In this document: one piece after another, positions 21,171 to 30,486 of the stretch
How positions within the stretch are numbered: position 1 is the first letter of the stretch
Layout of the letters: each line of letters opens with the position of its first letter
Source of the DNA: Candidatus Kuenenia stuttgartensis
GTDB taxonomy: Bacteria > Planctomycetota > Brocadiia > Brocadiales > Brocadiaceae
Length of the DNA stretch: 32,000 nt
NCBI RefSeq assembly: GCF_900232105.1
Contig: NZ_LT934425.1
Location: forward strand, 3,000,001-3,032,000
Direction of reading: 5' to 3'
Made by a program: the position numbers and the translations under genes
Notes under the pieces: model-generated
Seen by the model: only the letters and a program-made list of their open reading frames with translations
What the model was told of the DNA's origin: nothing
Database searches by the model: none

Positions 21171-22373
21171 ATGGCTAAAGAAGTATTTCAGCGAACTAAG
21201 CCGCATTTAAACATAGGTACGATAGGGCATGTGGATCATGGTAAGACAACGCTGACGTCAGTAATAACGCATGTATTGTCGAAGCAGGGGTTGGCGAAGG
21301 ATAGGCCGTTTGATTCAATTGACAAGGCTCCTGAAGAGCGCGAACGAGGTATAACGATAGCGATATCGCATGTGGAGTATGAGACGAAGAAGAGGCATTA
21401 CGCGCATGTGGACTGTCCTGGACATGCAGATTATGTAAAGAATATGATAACAGGTGCGGCGCAGATGGATGGAGCGATATTGGTTGTAAGTGCGCCGGAT
21501 GGTCCGATGCCGCAGACCCGCGAGCATATATTGTTGTCAAGGCAGGTGGGAGTTCCCAGGATTGTGGTGTTCCTGAATAAGGTGGATATGTTAGAGGATC
21601 AGGAGCTGTTGGAACTTGTAGAGATGGAAATAAGGGAGCTATTGAGTAAATATGATTTTCCTGGGGATGAGATACCTGTAGTGAAGGGTTCTGCGCTGAA
21701 GGCGGCACAGTGTGGATGTGGAGGCGCGGAATGTGCGAGTTGTGGACCGATATTGAAACTAATGGATGCGGTGGATGCTTACCTCCCCGATCCTATAAGG
21801 GAAATAGATAAGCCGTTTTTGATGTCCGTGGAAGATGTGTTTAGCATAAAAGGGCGTGGTACAGTTGGAACAGGCAGGGTTGAGAAGGGTAGAGTGAAGG
21901 TAGGAGATGAAGTAGATGTTGTTGGGATTAAGCCGGATATAAAGAAGTCTGTGGTTACTGGTGTGGAAATGTTTAATAAAACGTTGGATGAGGGGCAGGC
22001 AGGGGATAACCTGGGATTGTTGCTGCGGGGGGTAGAGAAGAATGATCTGGAGCGTGGTCAGGTGTTAGCGAAACCCGGCAGTATAACGCCGCATACTAAA
22101 TACGAAGCGGAGGTGTATATATTGACTAAGGAAGAGGGAGGAAGGCATACTCCCTTTTTTAATGGATATAGACCACAGTTTTATTTTAGGACGACTGACG
22201 TGACCGGGGTGGTAACTTTGACAGGCGGTGCGGAGATGGTGATGCCTGGGGATAACGTGAAGATCAATGTAGCATTGGTAACGCCGATAGCTATGGATGA
22301 GGGGCTGCGGTTTGCAATTCGGGAAGGTGGGAAGACAGTGGGTGCAGGTGTCGTTACAAAAATTGTTGAATAA
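21171..22373 (+). CDS. tuf: Elongation factor Tu, copy 2 (tufA-like position downstream of fusA)
   Basis: 400 aa, differing from copy 1 at 3 residues (T203A, I205L, V208I). Confidence 0.97.
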   Translation: MAKEVFQRTKPHLNIGTIGHVDHGKTTLTSVITHVLSKQGLAKDRPFDSIDKAPEERERGITIAISHVEYETKKRHYAHVDCPGHADYVKNMITGAAQMDGAILVVSAPDGPMPQTREHILLSRQVGVPRIVVFLNKVDMLEDQELLELVEMEIRELLSKYDFPGDEIPVVKGSALKAAQCGCGGAECASCGPILKLMDAVDAYLPDPIREIDKPFLMSVEDVFSIKGRGTVGTGRVEKGRVKVGDEVDVVGIKPDIKKSVVTGVEMFNKTLDEGQAGDNLGLLLRGVEKNDLERGQVLAKPGSITPHTKYEAEVYILTKEEGGRHTPFFNGYRPQFYFRTTDVTGVVTLTGGAEMVMPGDNVKINVALVTPIAMDEGLRFAIREGGKTVGAGVVTKIVE

Positions 22374-22381
22374 ATTATAAT
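21171..22381 (+). repeat. 1,211-bp direct repeat, copy B (tuf CDS plus 8 nt)
   Basis: Partner of 5315-6525. The flanks diverge immediately upstream of the ATG and 8 nt past the stop codon. Confidence 0.95.
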
Positions 22382-22388
22382 TATTAAG

Positions 22389-22416
22389 TTGATTTTTTGT
22401 AAATATATGATATCCT
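22389..22416 (+). promoter_or_regulatory. Candidate promoter for the S10 cluster
   Basis: TTGATT (22389-22394), a 16-nt spacer, then TATCCT (22411-22416) preceded by TGn. Motif match only. Read-through from tuf is equally possible. Confidence 0.25.
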
Positions 22417-22464
22417 CGTGAACTTGAGTTTTTTGTAGGTTTGGGCTTTTTTGGGAGCATAGAA

Positions 22465-22773
22465 GTGTTGGATCAGAAAATTAGAATACGAATGGAAGCA
22501 TATGACTATAGAATATTAGACCAATCGGCGCTGGAAATCGTTGAAACGGCAAAGCGTACTGGTGCAAAAGTGTTTGGTCCTGTTCCCCTGCCGACTCGCA
22601 TAGAAAGATACACCGTCCTAAGATCTCCGCATATTGATAAAAGGTCTAGAGAGCAGTTTGAGGTAAGGACTCATAAGAGGTTGATTGATATTTTGGAGCC
22701 TACGGCGAAAACGATGGATGCGTTGAATCGGATTAACATGCCCGCTGGTATAGAGATCAAGATAAAAGCATAA
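22465..22773 (+). CDS. rpsJ: 30S ribosomal protein S10
   Basis: The ORF track begins at TTG 22441. I prefer GTG 22465, which gives (V->M)[13 protein letters not shown] and 102 aa, the usual S10 length, with GGGAG 7 nt upstream. The start is uncertain. Confidence 0.9.
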   Translation: MLDQKIRIRMEAYDYRILDQSALEIVETAKRTGAKVFGPVPLPTRIERYTVLRSPHIDKRSREQFEVRTHKRLIDILEPTAKTMDALNRINMPAGIEIKIKA

Positions 22774-22810
22774 CTTTTATAGAAATTTAATAGCGTAAGG
22801 TTTGATTGAA

Positions 22811-23434
22811 ATGTTAAATAGTTTATTAGGTGAGAAGGTAGGAATGACCCAAATTTATACTGGTGAGGGGGCGTTGGTTCCTGTCACGTTGATAAAGGCG
22901 GGGCCTTGTAATGTGTTGCAAGTAAAAACGTTGGGGAATGATGGGTATTCTGCTGTGCAGCTTGGGTATAAAGATAAAAAAATAAAAAGAGCAAAGAGGC
23001 CAGAAATTGGACATGCTGCTAAAGCGTCTTTGCTTCCAGGCCGGTTTGTTAAAGAGGTGAAACTGGATACTGTTTCTGATATCCATCTTGGGCAGGCGGT
23101 CACATTGGATATATTCGAAGATGTCAAATTGGTTGATGTTATAGGTATATCAAAAGGAAAAGGCTTTGCCGGTGTTATGAAAAGGTGGGGTATGAAGGGA
23201 GGTCCGCAAACGCATGGGTCTACGAGGCATCGTTCTGTTGGCTCTGTTGGTGCTGGGACCGATCCAGGAAGAGTCATTCGTGGGAAAAAGATGCCGGGAC
23301 AGCTTGGTAGGGAGCGTGTTACAATTAAGAATCTTGATGTTGTCAAAGTTGATAAGGAAAAAAATATGCTTTTTGTTAAGGGAGCTGTTCCTGGGTATAA
23401 AGGTAGTTATCTAATAATAAAAAAAATTGTATAA
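22811..23434 (+). CDS. rplC: 50S ribosomal protein L3
   Basis: The ORF track starts at TTG 22802. ATG 22811 gives MLNSLLGEKVGMTQIY, matching the usual L3 N-terminus (..GKKVGMT..). Confidence 0.93.
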   Translation: MLNSLLGEKVGMTQIYTGEGALVPVTLIKAGPCNVLQVKTLGNDGYSAVQLGYKDKKIKRAKRPEIGHAAKASLLPGRFVKEVKLDTVSDIHLGQAVTLDIFEDVKLVDVIGISKGKGFAGVMKRWGMKGGPQTHGSTRHRSVGSVGAGTDPGRVIRGKKMPGQLGRERVTIKNLDVVKVDKEKNMLFVKGAVPGYKGSYLIIKKIV

Positions 23435-23453
23435 TTTTAGGGTAAGAGGAAGT

Positions 23454-24065
23454 ATGGAAATAATAGTATACAATGATGAAGGAAAAAAGATAGAAAATAT
23501 GCAGGTTCCTGACAGCATATCCGATTCTCCTGTGCGCTATAAACTTTTAAGGGATGTGGTAAAAATGTATGAGGCAAATAAAAGACAGGGGACGGTTTCG
23601 ACGAAAACAAGGGCGGAGGTTTCTGGGGGCGGTAAAAAACCGTGGGCACAAAAGCACACAGGTAAGGCGAGGGCTGGAAGCAGTAGGTCTCCCATCTGGA
23701 GGGGTGGCGGTGTTGCATTTGGGCCAAAACCAAGGGATTACTCTTATTCTATTCCGAAAATGGCAAAAAAGCGGGCTCTTTTTTCCGCACTGTCGTCTAA
23801 GATCAAAGATAACGAAGTCGTGGTAGTGGATAAATTAGATTTTGCTTCTCCGAAAACAAAACATATGGTTTCGTTACTAAAATCTTTTGGAATGGTGGGG
23901 ATAAGTAGTTTGATTGTAATATCAAAAGCCACAGAATCTCTTTTGAAATCTTCGAGAAATATTCCTTATGTAAGAATGATGGAGTGTCATGATTTAAATG
24001 CATATGAGATTCTTAAGCCAAAAAAAATATTAATAACCAAACAAGCACTGAGTAGTTTGCGTTAG
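23454..24065 (+). CDS. rplD: 50S ribosomal protein L4
   Basis: The ORF track starts at 23427, which overlaps rplC. ATG 23454 (MEIIVYNDEGK) follows AGAGGAAG. An L4-like GGGKKPWAQKHTGKARAGS motif is present. Confidence 0.93.
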   Translation: MEIIVYNDEGKKIENMQVPDSISDSPVRYKLLRDVVKMYEANKRQGTVSTKTRAEVSGGGKKPWAQKHTGKARAGSSRSPIWRGGGVAFGPKPRDYSYSIPKMAKKRALFSALSSKIKDNEVVVVDKLDFASPKTKHMVSLLKSFGMVGISSLIVISKATESLLKSSRNIPYVRMMECHDLNAYEILKPKKILITKQALSSLR

Positions 24066-24082
24066 GTAGGGGACCAAATTAT

Positions 24083-24364
24083 ATGGATAAATACGATGTT
24101 ATTAAGGGTCCGCTAAGAACTGAAAAGAGCGTTTCAGATGGTGAGAAAACGAATTCCTATCATTTCGATGTAGACTTAAAAGCGAACAAAATTCAAATAA
24201 AAAATGCAATTGAGGGCATTTTTGGTGTTAAAGTAAACGGTGTGAGGACCTTGATAAAAAAGAGCAAGAGAAGAAGGGTTAAATTTATAATGGGTAAAAC
24301 AAGAGAATTAAAAAAGGCTATTGTAGCTTTAAAAGAAGGGCATACAATTGATTTCGGCTATTAA
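24083..24364 (+). CDS. rplW: 50S ribosomal protein L23
   Basis: 93 aa in the conserved position between rplD and rplB, with an L23-like sequence (VIKGPLRTEKS...). Confidence 0.93.
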   Translation: MDKYDVIKGPLRTEKSVSDGEKTNSYHFDVDLKANKIQIKNAIEGIFGVKVNGVRTLIKKSKRRRVKFIMGKTRELKKAIVALKEGHTIDFGY

Positions 24365-24392
24365 AGTTTTAACTTTGAGGTAAAAAGTTCTT

Positions 24393-25238
24393 ATGGGTAT
24401 TATATATTACAAACCCGTAACTCCGGGAAGAAGATTTGCCAGTGTTTCAGATTTTTCAGAAATAACGAAAACAAAGCCGGAAAGATCTTTGATTCGGCCT
24501 CTTAAAAAAACCGGTGGTAGAAATTCTGAAGGGAAAATTACGGCTGGGAATGTTGGTGGAGGCAGTAGGAGACAATATAGAAATATTGATTTTAAGCGGA
24601 GAAAGGATGGTATTCCAGCAAAGGTTGCCAGTATTGAGTATGATCCTAATAGATCCGCTCGTATTGCTTTACTTAATTATGTCGATGGAGAAAAAAGATA
24701 CATTTTGGCTCCAGAGAAATTGAAGGTCGGTCAGTTTGTGAAATCGGGTGAAAAGGTAGATCCTGACATTGGCAATACTATGCCACTTAACAATATACCT
24801 TTGGGTATGGATCTGCACAATATTGAGTTGCGTGCTGGGCAAGGAGGTAAGATAGTTCGGTCTGCAGGTAGTGTTGCAAGATTGCTGGCAAAAGAAGGTG
24901 GATATGCTCACATAACACTCCCCTCTGGTGAAGTCCGGAAAGTTCACGGTAGTTGCAGGGCCACAATTGGACAACTGGGTAATACTGATCATAGTAATAT
25001 ACGTTTAGGAAAAGCAGGTAGAAATAGATGGAAAGGGAGAAGGCCTCACGTAAGAGGAGTTGCAAAAAATCCCGTAGCACATCCGATGGGAGGTGGTGAA
25101 GGAAGAAGCGGGGGTGGTAGGCACCCTTGCTCAAAGACTGGCTTGCTTGCTAAGGGTGGAAAAACAAGGAAAAAGAGAGCTGTAAGTAGCAGATTTATAA
25201 TTAGAAGAAGGAAAGTTGGGGCTAGAGGTAATTTGTAA
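24393..25238 (+). CDS. rplB: 50S ribosomal protein L2
   Basis: 281 aa containing [18 protein letters not shown], the L2 signature. Confidence 0.97.
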   Translation: MGIIYYKPVTPGRRFASVSDFSEITKTKPERSLIRPLKKTGGRNSEGKITAGNVGGGSRRQYRNIDFKRRKDGIPAKVASIEYDPNRSARIALLNYVDGEKRYILAPEKLKVGQFVKSGEKVDPDIGNTMPLNNIPLGMDLHNIELRAGQGGKIVRSAGSVARLLAKEGGYAHITLPSGEVRKVHGSCRATIGQLGNTDHSNIRLGKAGRNRWKGRRPHVRGVAKNPVAHPMGGGEGRSGGGRHPCSKTGLLAKGGKTRKKRAVSSRFIIRRRKVGARGNL

Positions 25239-25263
25239 ATTTTGAAAGATATTAGGAGATTTG

Positions 25264-25530
25264 ATGAGTCGCTCTATAAAAAAAGGACCATATGTTGATA
25301 AGAAGTTGTTAGAAAAAGTAATGAAGCAAAAAGAATCAGGTGTGCATGAATCTTTACGTACTTGGGCAAGAAGCTGCACCATAATACCTGAATTTGTGTC
25401 ACACACCTTTATGATTCACAATGGTAAAGTATTTAATAAGCTATTTGTTACCGATGATATGGTAGGGCATAAGTTAGGTGAGTTTTCGCTTACAAGAACT
25501 TTTCGGTCTCATAGTGGCAAAAAGAAATAG
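25264..25530 (+). CDS. rpsS: 30S ribosomal protein S19
   Basis: ATG 25264 (MSRSIKKGPYVD) lies 5 nt after AGGAG. The track's TTG at 25261 is too close to the RBS. Confidence 0.95.
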   Translation: MSRSIKKGPYVDKKLLEKVMKQKESGVHESLRTWARSCTIIPEFVSHTFMIHNGKVFNKLFVTDDMVGHKLGEFSLTRTFRSHSGKKK

Positions 25531-25603
25531 TAGGCAGTGCATAAACCAATGTTGATATAAAGCTTTACAAGAAATTAAATTTTGTATCGAAAGGTAACGG
25601 TTG

Positions 25604-25945
25604 ATGGATTATAGATCATGTCATAGGTACGCAAAAATCTCACCGAGAAAGGCTCGTTATGTTATTGATCTTATTAGAGGAAAATCAGTTAATGACGCTT
25701 TGAGAACTTTGAGACTGACGCATAAGCGTGCATCTTACATGATAGATAAAGTCATCAGGGCTGCGTTAGCTGCGGCAAACGAGAATGTCTCTGCGGATGT
25801 TGAAGCGTTGTATGTTAAACATGCCTTAGTTGATGGTGGTCCAAGCAGGAAGTGGTTTCGTCCAAGACCTCGAGGGATGTCCTCGAGAATTTTAAAACGT
25901 ACAAGTCATATTACAGTCGTTTTGGCTGAAAAGGCTAAAAGATAA
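25604..25945 (+). CDS. rplV: 50S ribosomal protein L22
   Basis: It contains ISPRKARYVIDLIRGKSVNDAL, typical of L22. The start is either ATG 25604 or the adjacent TTG 25601. Confidence 0.93.
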   Translation: MDYRSCHRYAKISPRKARYVIDLIRGKSVNDALRTLRLTHKRASYMIDKVIRAALAAANENVSADVEALYVKHALVDGGPSRKWFRPRPRGMSSRILKRTSHITVVLAEKAKR

Positions 25946-25962
25946 AAAGATAAGGAGAAGAA

Positions 25963-26622
25963 ATGGGACAGAAGGTTTGTCCAATTGGTTTTCGGCTGGG
26001 AATAACGCAAGGGTGGAAATCTGTCTGGTATGCTGACAAGAAATCTTTTGGTTCTTTGCTAGTTGAGGATTTCAAGATACGCAAGCTAATTAAAAAAAAT
26101 TATGGTTTTGGCGGAATACCATTTGTTGAAATAGAAAGAACCCGGCAAGAGGCTAAGATAACTCTTCATACCGCGCGCCCTGGACTAATAATTGGCAGGA
26201 AGGGTGCGGAAGTCGATAAGCTTAAAGATGAATTACAGAAATATATTGGACGTGTTGTTGTTGTAAAGATAAAAGAAATAAATAAACCCGAAACTTATGC
26301 GCAGCTAGTAAGCGAAAATGTGGCAGAGCAATTGGAAAGACGCGCTTCTTTTCGAAGGGCTATGAAAAAAGCGATGGAGGCATCACTTAATGCAGGTGTT
26401 AAAGGTATGAGAATTCAGGTTTCGGGAAGGTTAGGTGGCGCAGAGATTGCGAGGACAGAGAAGATTACTCACGGAAGTGTTCCGTTACACACCCTCAGAG
26501 CGGACATAGATTATGGTTTTGCCGAAGCTAAAACTACTTACGGTGTAATTGGCGTTAAGGTATGGTTGTATAAAGGTCTTACAAGTTCAAAAGGGGAGGA
26601 TGCAAATGAGGTTAATGCCTAA
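25963..26622 (+). CDS. rpsC: 30S ribosomal protein S3
   Basis: 219 aa. It starts MGQKVCPIGFRLGI and has a KH domain and the GRLGGAEIARTE motif. Confidence 0.97.
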   Translation: MGQKVCPIGFRLGITQGWKSVWYADKKSFGSLLVEDFKIRKLIKKNYGFGGIPFVEIERTRQEAKITLHTARPGLIIGRKGAEVDKLKDELQKYIGRVVVVKIKEINKPETYAQLVSENVAEQLERRASFRRAMKKAMEASLNAGVKGMRIQVSGRLGGAEIARTEKITHGSVPLHTLRADIDYGFAEAKTTYGVIGVKVWLYKGLTSSKGEDANEVNA

Positions 26623-27025
26623 GAGGGTAAAGTTCAGGAAATCGCAGCGTGGAAAAATTAAAGGAAATGCCACACGAGGAAACGCTGTATCTTTTGGAGA
26701 ATTTGGCTTACAAGCTTTGGAGCCTGGATGGATCACGGCTCAACAAATTGAAGCAGGAAGAATTTCTGCAGCACATAGTATGCCAAAAGAAAGCAAGCTT
26801 ACGATAAGGATATTTCCTCATAAGTCAGTGACGTCAACACCAATTGAAACTCGTATGGGTAAAGGCAAGGGGGAACCGGAGTTTTGGGTTGCTGTTGTGA
26901 GGCCAGGAACTATTTTGTATGAGATCGGCGGTGTAAATGAAGAGGGAGCTCGTGAAACTTTTTGCAGAATAGCGCATAAAATGCCTGTAAAAGTCAGACT
27001 AGTGCGAAGGAGACGTGCGTTTTGA
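26606..27025 (+). CDS. rplP: 50S ribosomal protein L16
   Basis: The ORF track starts at 26549. ATG 26606 (MRLMPKRVKFRK, compare the usual MLxPKRxKxRK) lies 6 nt after GGAGG. This start overlaps the rpsC 3' end by 17 nt. Confidence 0.92.
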   Translation: MRLMPKRVKFRKSQRGKIKGNATRGNAVSFGEFGLQALEPGWITAQQIEAGRISAAHSMPKESKLTIRIFPHKSVTSTPIETRMGKGKGEPEFWVAVVRPGTILYEIGGVNEEGARETFCRIAHKMPVKVRLVRRRRAF

Positions 27026-27240
27026 AGATTACTGAGATAAGAGTTAAATCGCGCCTGGAAATTGCAGAAGAAGCAGAGTCAACAAGAAGAGAACTTTTGA
27101 ATCTCAAATTTCAATGGCAATCGGGGGAAACGGGTAATACTGCACAGCGGAAATTTATCAAAAAGAAAATTGCCCGACTAAAAACCGTATTGCGGGAGAT
27201 TGATTTAGGAATTAATAAAAATCTAGTTTCAGGAGGGTAG
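27022..27240 (+). CDS. rpmC: 50S ribosomal protein L29
   Basis: 72 aa. The TTG start overlaps the rplP stop (TTGA). It has an L29-like helical sequence (ELLNLKFQ...) in the conserved position. Confidence 0.88.
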   Translation: MKITEIRVKSRLEIAEEAESTRRELLNLKFQWQSGETGNTAQRKFIKKKIARLKTVLREIDLGINKNLVSGG

Positions 27241-27248
27241 TTATAAAA

Positions 27249-27521
27249 ATGCAAACTGCAACTGAAAAAAGAAGTAGGCGAAGAAAGTATGTTGGGAATG
27301 TCATAAAGACAAAAATGAATAAGACAATAACTGTAGAGATAATGCGCCTTGTAAAACATCCCAAGTATGGAAAGTATATAAAAAAATCTACTGTTTACAA
27401 AGCTCATGATGAAGAAAAAAGCGCAAATGTTGGGGACAAGGTAGAGATAGCCGAATGTCGACCCATTAGTAAAACAAAATTTACAAGATTTATTCGTATT
27501 ATTGAGAAGGCAAAAGATTGA
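27249..27521 (+). CDS. rpsQ: 30S ribosomal protein S17
   Basis: 90 aa with GNVIKTKMNKTITVEIMRLVKHPKYGKYIKKSTVYKAHDE, typical of S17. Confidence 0.95.
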   Translation: MQTATEKRSRRRKYVGNVIKTKMNKTITVEIMRLVKHPKYGKYIKKSTVYKAHDEEKSANVGDKVEIAECRPISKTKFTRFIRIIEKAKD

Positions 27522-27543
27522 TCATTAGCTGGGGTGTGTTTAG

Positions 27544-27912
27544 ATGATAATGGAACAAACTAGTTTAGACGTCGCGGACAACAGCGGGGCGAAAAAGGCA
27601 AAATGTATAAAAGTTCTCGGTGGTTCTCGGCGAAAATATGCAACGGTAGGCGATGTAATCGTAGTAGCTGTAAAAAAATCTATTCATGGAGGAGTAGTTA
27701 AAAAAGGCGACGTTTGCAAAGGCGTTATTGTTAGGACACGGAATAATGTGCGTCGGGAAGATGGGTCCTATTTGAAATTTGATAAGAACGCAATTGTTAT
27801 AATCGACAACGATGGTAACCCAAGAGGGACTAGAATATTTGGTGCAGTGGCAAGAGAATTAAGGCAAAAAAACTTTATGAAAATAATTTCCTTGGCTGCA
27901 GAAGTAGTTTAA
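27544..27912 (+). CDS. rplN: 50S ribosomal protein L14
   Basis: 122 aa. It starts [18 protein letters not shown], the classic L14 N-terminus. Confidence 0.97.
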   Translation: MIMEQTSLDVADNSGAKKAKCIKVLGGSRRKYATVGDVIVVAVKKSIHGGVVKKGDVCKGVIVRTRNNVRREDGSYLKFDKNAIVIIDNDGNPRGTRIFGAVARELRQKNFMKIISLAAEVV

Positions 27913-27954
27913 TTAGTTGAGAATGAGGTTTTAGAGAAGGAAAACAGTGGTTAT

Positions 27955-28290
27955 ATGCATATTCGCAAGAATGATATAGTGGCAGTAGTTGCTGGAAATG
28001 AGGCGGGAAAAACTGGGAAAATAATGAAAATATTACCAGAAAAAAATCGTGTGGTAATAAAAGGGGTAAAGGTAATATATAAGCATGTTAAGCCCAGCCA
28101 GAAAAATCCACAAGGCGGTAGGATTCAGAAAGAGACTTCAATATCAGCTGCAAATGTTTTGCCTGTTTGTCAGAACAGAAGTTGCAAAAGGAATGGATTA
28201 GGGGTACGAATAAAAAAGAAGGTTTTGGAAAATGGCGCTAAATTGCGTACGTGTGTTTATTGTGACGTAGAAATATCATCGGATGAATGA
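27955..28290 (+). CDS. rplX: 50S ribosomal protein L24 (form with two Cys pairs)
   Basis: 111 aa with a KOW-type N-terminus (IRKNDIVAVVAGNEAGKTGKI) in the conserved position. Cysteines at residues 72, 77, 100 and 103. Confidence 0.94.
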   Translation: MHIRKNDIVAVVAGNEAGKTGKIMKILPEKNRVVIKGVKVIYKHVKPSQKNPQGGRIQKETSISAANVLPVCQNRSCKRNGLGVRIKKKVLENGAKLRTCVYCDVEISSDE

Positions 28291-28306
28291 TAGTTTAGGA
28301 TTAATT

Positions 28307-28849
28307 ATGGCAAGGTTATTAAAAAAATATAAAGAAGAAACCGTTCCTCATTTAATAGAGAGGTTTTCATTAAGAAACAAATATTCAGTACCCAAAATAC
28401 AAAAAGTTGTAATCAATATGGGTGTTGGAAAGGCAATTGACAATAAAAATTTTCTTGAAGAAGCTATAGGGCATCTGACAACAATAAGTGGCCAAAAGCC
28501 GGCTGTTACTGTCGCAAGAAAATCAGTTGCTGGTTTTAAATTAAGAGAAGGCCAGGCGATTGGTTGTAAAGTTACCCTACGTGGGAAAAGAATGTTTGAA
28601 TTTATTGATCGTTTTATCAGCATCGTTTTACCACGAATAAAAGATTTTCGTGGAATATCTGTGAAATCTTTTGATGGAAGAGGAAATTACACATTAGGTC
28701 TCACAGAACAGACAGTTTTTCCTGAAGTGAATATTGATAAAATTACAACTATACAGGGCATGGATGTTACATTCGTTATTAGTGGCAAGTCAGATGAATA
28801 TTCTCATGAATTGCTAAAGTCATTGGGAATGCCTTTTAGGTCTGAATAA
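28307..28849 (+). CDS. rplE: 50S ribosomal protein L5
   Basis: The ORF track starts at 28283, inside the rplX 3' end. ATG 28307 gives MARLLKKYKEETVPHLIERF, a typical L5 N-terminus. Confidence 0.94.
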   Translation: MARLLKKYKEETVPHLIERFSLRNKYSVPKIQKVVINMGVGKAIDNKNFLEEAIGHLTTISGQKPAVTVARKSVAGFKLREGQAIGCKVTLRGKRMFEFIDRFISIVLPRIKDFRGISVKSFDGRGNYTLGLTEQTVFPEVNIDKITTIQGMDVTFVISGKSDEYSHELLKSLGMPFRSE

Positions 28850-28859
28850 GGAGTTTTAA

Positions 28860-29045
28860 ATGGCAAGGAAGTGTTTAATAGAAAAAGCTAATAGGGATCC
28901 TAAATACAAAACTAGAAAATATAATAGGTGTAAATTATGCGGGAGAAGGCGAGCCTATTATCGTAAATTTCAAACATGCAGGATCTGTTTTAGAATGCTC
29001 TCGTTAAAAGGTGAGATACCTGGTGTTAAAAAAGCAAGTTGGTAA
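28860..29045 (+). CDS. rpsN: 30S ribosomal protein S14, short zinc-binding (type Z) form
   Basis: 61 aa with [22 protein letters not shown] (CxxC...CxxC), ending KKASW. Confidence 0.96.
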   Translation: MARKCLIEKANRDPKYKTRKYNRCKLCGRRRAYYRKFQTCRICFRMLSLKGEIPGVKKASW

Positions 29046-29078
29046 AATTAAAATTGATTTATTGAAAAGGGATAAAAT

Positions 29079-29477
29079 ATGTGCATGACAGATCCAATTT
29101 CAGACATGCTTACACGAATAAGAAATGCTAATATGATTCGTAGGGATTGCGTTGATATTCCTGCTTCTAAAATTAAGCAGGAGATATTAAAGATTATGAA
29201 AAATGAGGGTTATATTGAAGAATATAAAGAAATTCCTGATAATAAACAAGGGATCATCAGGGTTTATTTAAAATATGGAGCGTTGAAGCAGAAGGTTATT
29301 AACAATCTCGTAAGAGAGAGTAAGTCAAGCAGAAGGGTTTACAAAAGTGCCAAAGATGTAGAAAAGGTTTGCGGAGGTTTCGGGTCTGCGATATATTCTA
29401 CGTCGAAAGGGATATTGTGCGACAAGGAGTGTCGAAGGTTAAAAATTGGCGGTGAACTTATTTGTACAGTGTCTTAA
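29079..29477 (+). CDS. rpsH: 30S ribosomal protein S8
   Basis: 132 aa. It starts MCMTDPISDMLTRIRNA, the classic S8 N-terminus. Confidence 0.96.
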   Translation: MCMTDPISDMLTRIRNANMIRRDCVDIPASKIKQEILKIMKNEGYIEEYKEIPDNKQGIIRVYLKYGALKQKVINNLVRESKSSRRVYKSAKDVEKVCGGFGSAIYSTSKGILCDKECRRLKIGGELICTVS

Positions 29478-29503
29478 TAGGTTTTTTTATTTAAGGGGTT
29501 AGG

Positions 29504-30064
29504 ATGTCAAGAATAGGGAAGCAACCTGTTAAGGTTCCGAGTGATGTAAAAGTTGCAATAAATAATAAAGCTATTGAGATAAAAGGGCTTAAGGGTACCT
29601 TAAATTTAACCGTTCATCCGAGCATTGATGTTGAATACGCACTAGGTAGTCAACAGATTATTGTGAAGAGAAGCTCGGATGAAAAGCGATTTAAAGCACT
29701 GCACGGTTTAACTAGGGCATTGCTCGCAAATATGATGATAGGTATTATGCGTGGGTTTTCTAAAGATATTGAGATTGTGGGATTAGGATATAATGCTAAA
29801 ATACAAGGCAATACGTTAGTTTTATCGCTGGGTTTTTCTCATCCTGTACATATGGAGATACCGAAAGATATTAAAGTTGAGGTTAAAAATCCAACAAACC
29901 CCGCTAAATTGACGATTTCTGGTACTGACAAACAATTGGTAGGTCAGTTTTCTGCAATGATAAAAGCTAAAAAGCCTTCTGAACCTTATAAGGGCATGGG
30001 TGTGAAGTATGCCGGAGAAGTAATAAGAAGAAAGGCTGGTAAGGCTATGTCTTCCGGTGGATAA
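29504..30064 (+). CDS. rplF: 50S ribosomal protein L6
   Basis: 186 aa. It starts MSRIGKQPVKVPSDVKV, typical of L6. Confidence 0.96.
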   Translation: MSRIGKQPVKVPSDVKVAINNKAIEIKGLKGTLNLTVHPSIDVEYALGSQQIIVKRSSDEKRFKALHGLTRALLANMMIGIMRGFSKDIEIVGLGYNAKIQGNTLVLSLGFSHPVHMEIPKDIKVEVKNPTNPAKLTISGTDKQLVGQFSAMIKAKKPSEPYKGMGVKYAGEVIRRKAGKAMSSGG

Positions 30065-30087
30065 TGTTTTGGTTAAGGGTATAGATT

Positions 30088-30456
30088 ATGGATCCAATTA
30101 AAGAAAAAAGAAGAAAAAGAGCAGGGCGACATAAAAGAATCAGAAAGAAAGTGATAGGCAGTTGCGAAAGACCACGTTTGAGCGTTTATCGAAGTCTGAA
30201 GAATATTTATTGTCAGATTATTGATGATAATGAGGGCAAGACACTAGTTGCAATTTCTACTTTAACGCCAGATGTTAGAGCAAGTATCGTATATGGTGGC
30301 AACATAAAGGCGGCGGAGATCGTTGGTGAAAAACTGGCAGAACAGGCTATAAAGAAAGGTATTACAAAAGTAGTTTTTGATAAAGGTGGATATGCTTATC
30401 ATGGAAGGGTTAAGGCTTTAGCGGAAAGTGCCAGAAAGAATAGTTTAAATTTTTAA
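30088..30456 (+). CDS. rplR: 50S ribosomal protein L18
   Basis: 122 aa with [20 protein letters not shown] and a C-terminal [19 protein letters not shown]. Confidence 0.96.
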   Translation: MDPIKEKRRKRAGRHKRIRKKVIGSCERPRLSVYRSLKNIYCQIIDDNEGKTLVAISTLTPDVRASIVYGGNIKAAEIVGEKLAEQAIKKGITKVVFDKGGYAYHGRVKALAESARKNSLNF

Positions 30457-30486
30457 TTATTTGATAAGTCGAACAAGGAGATACAG

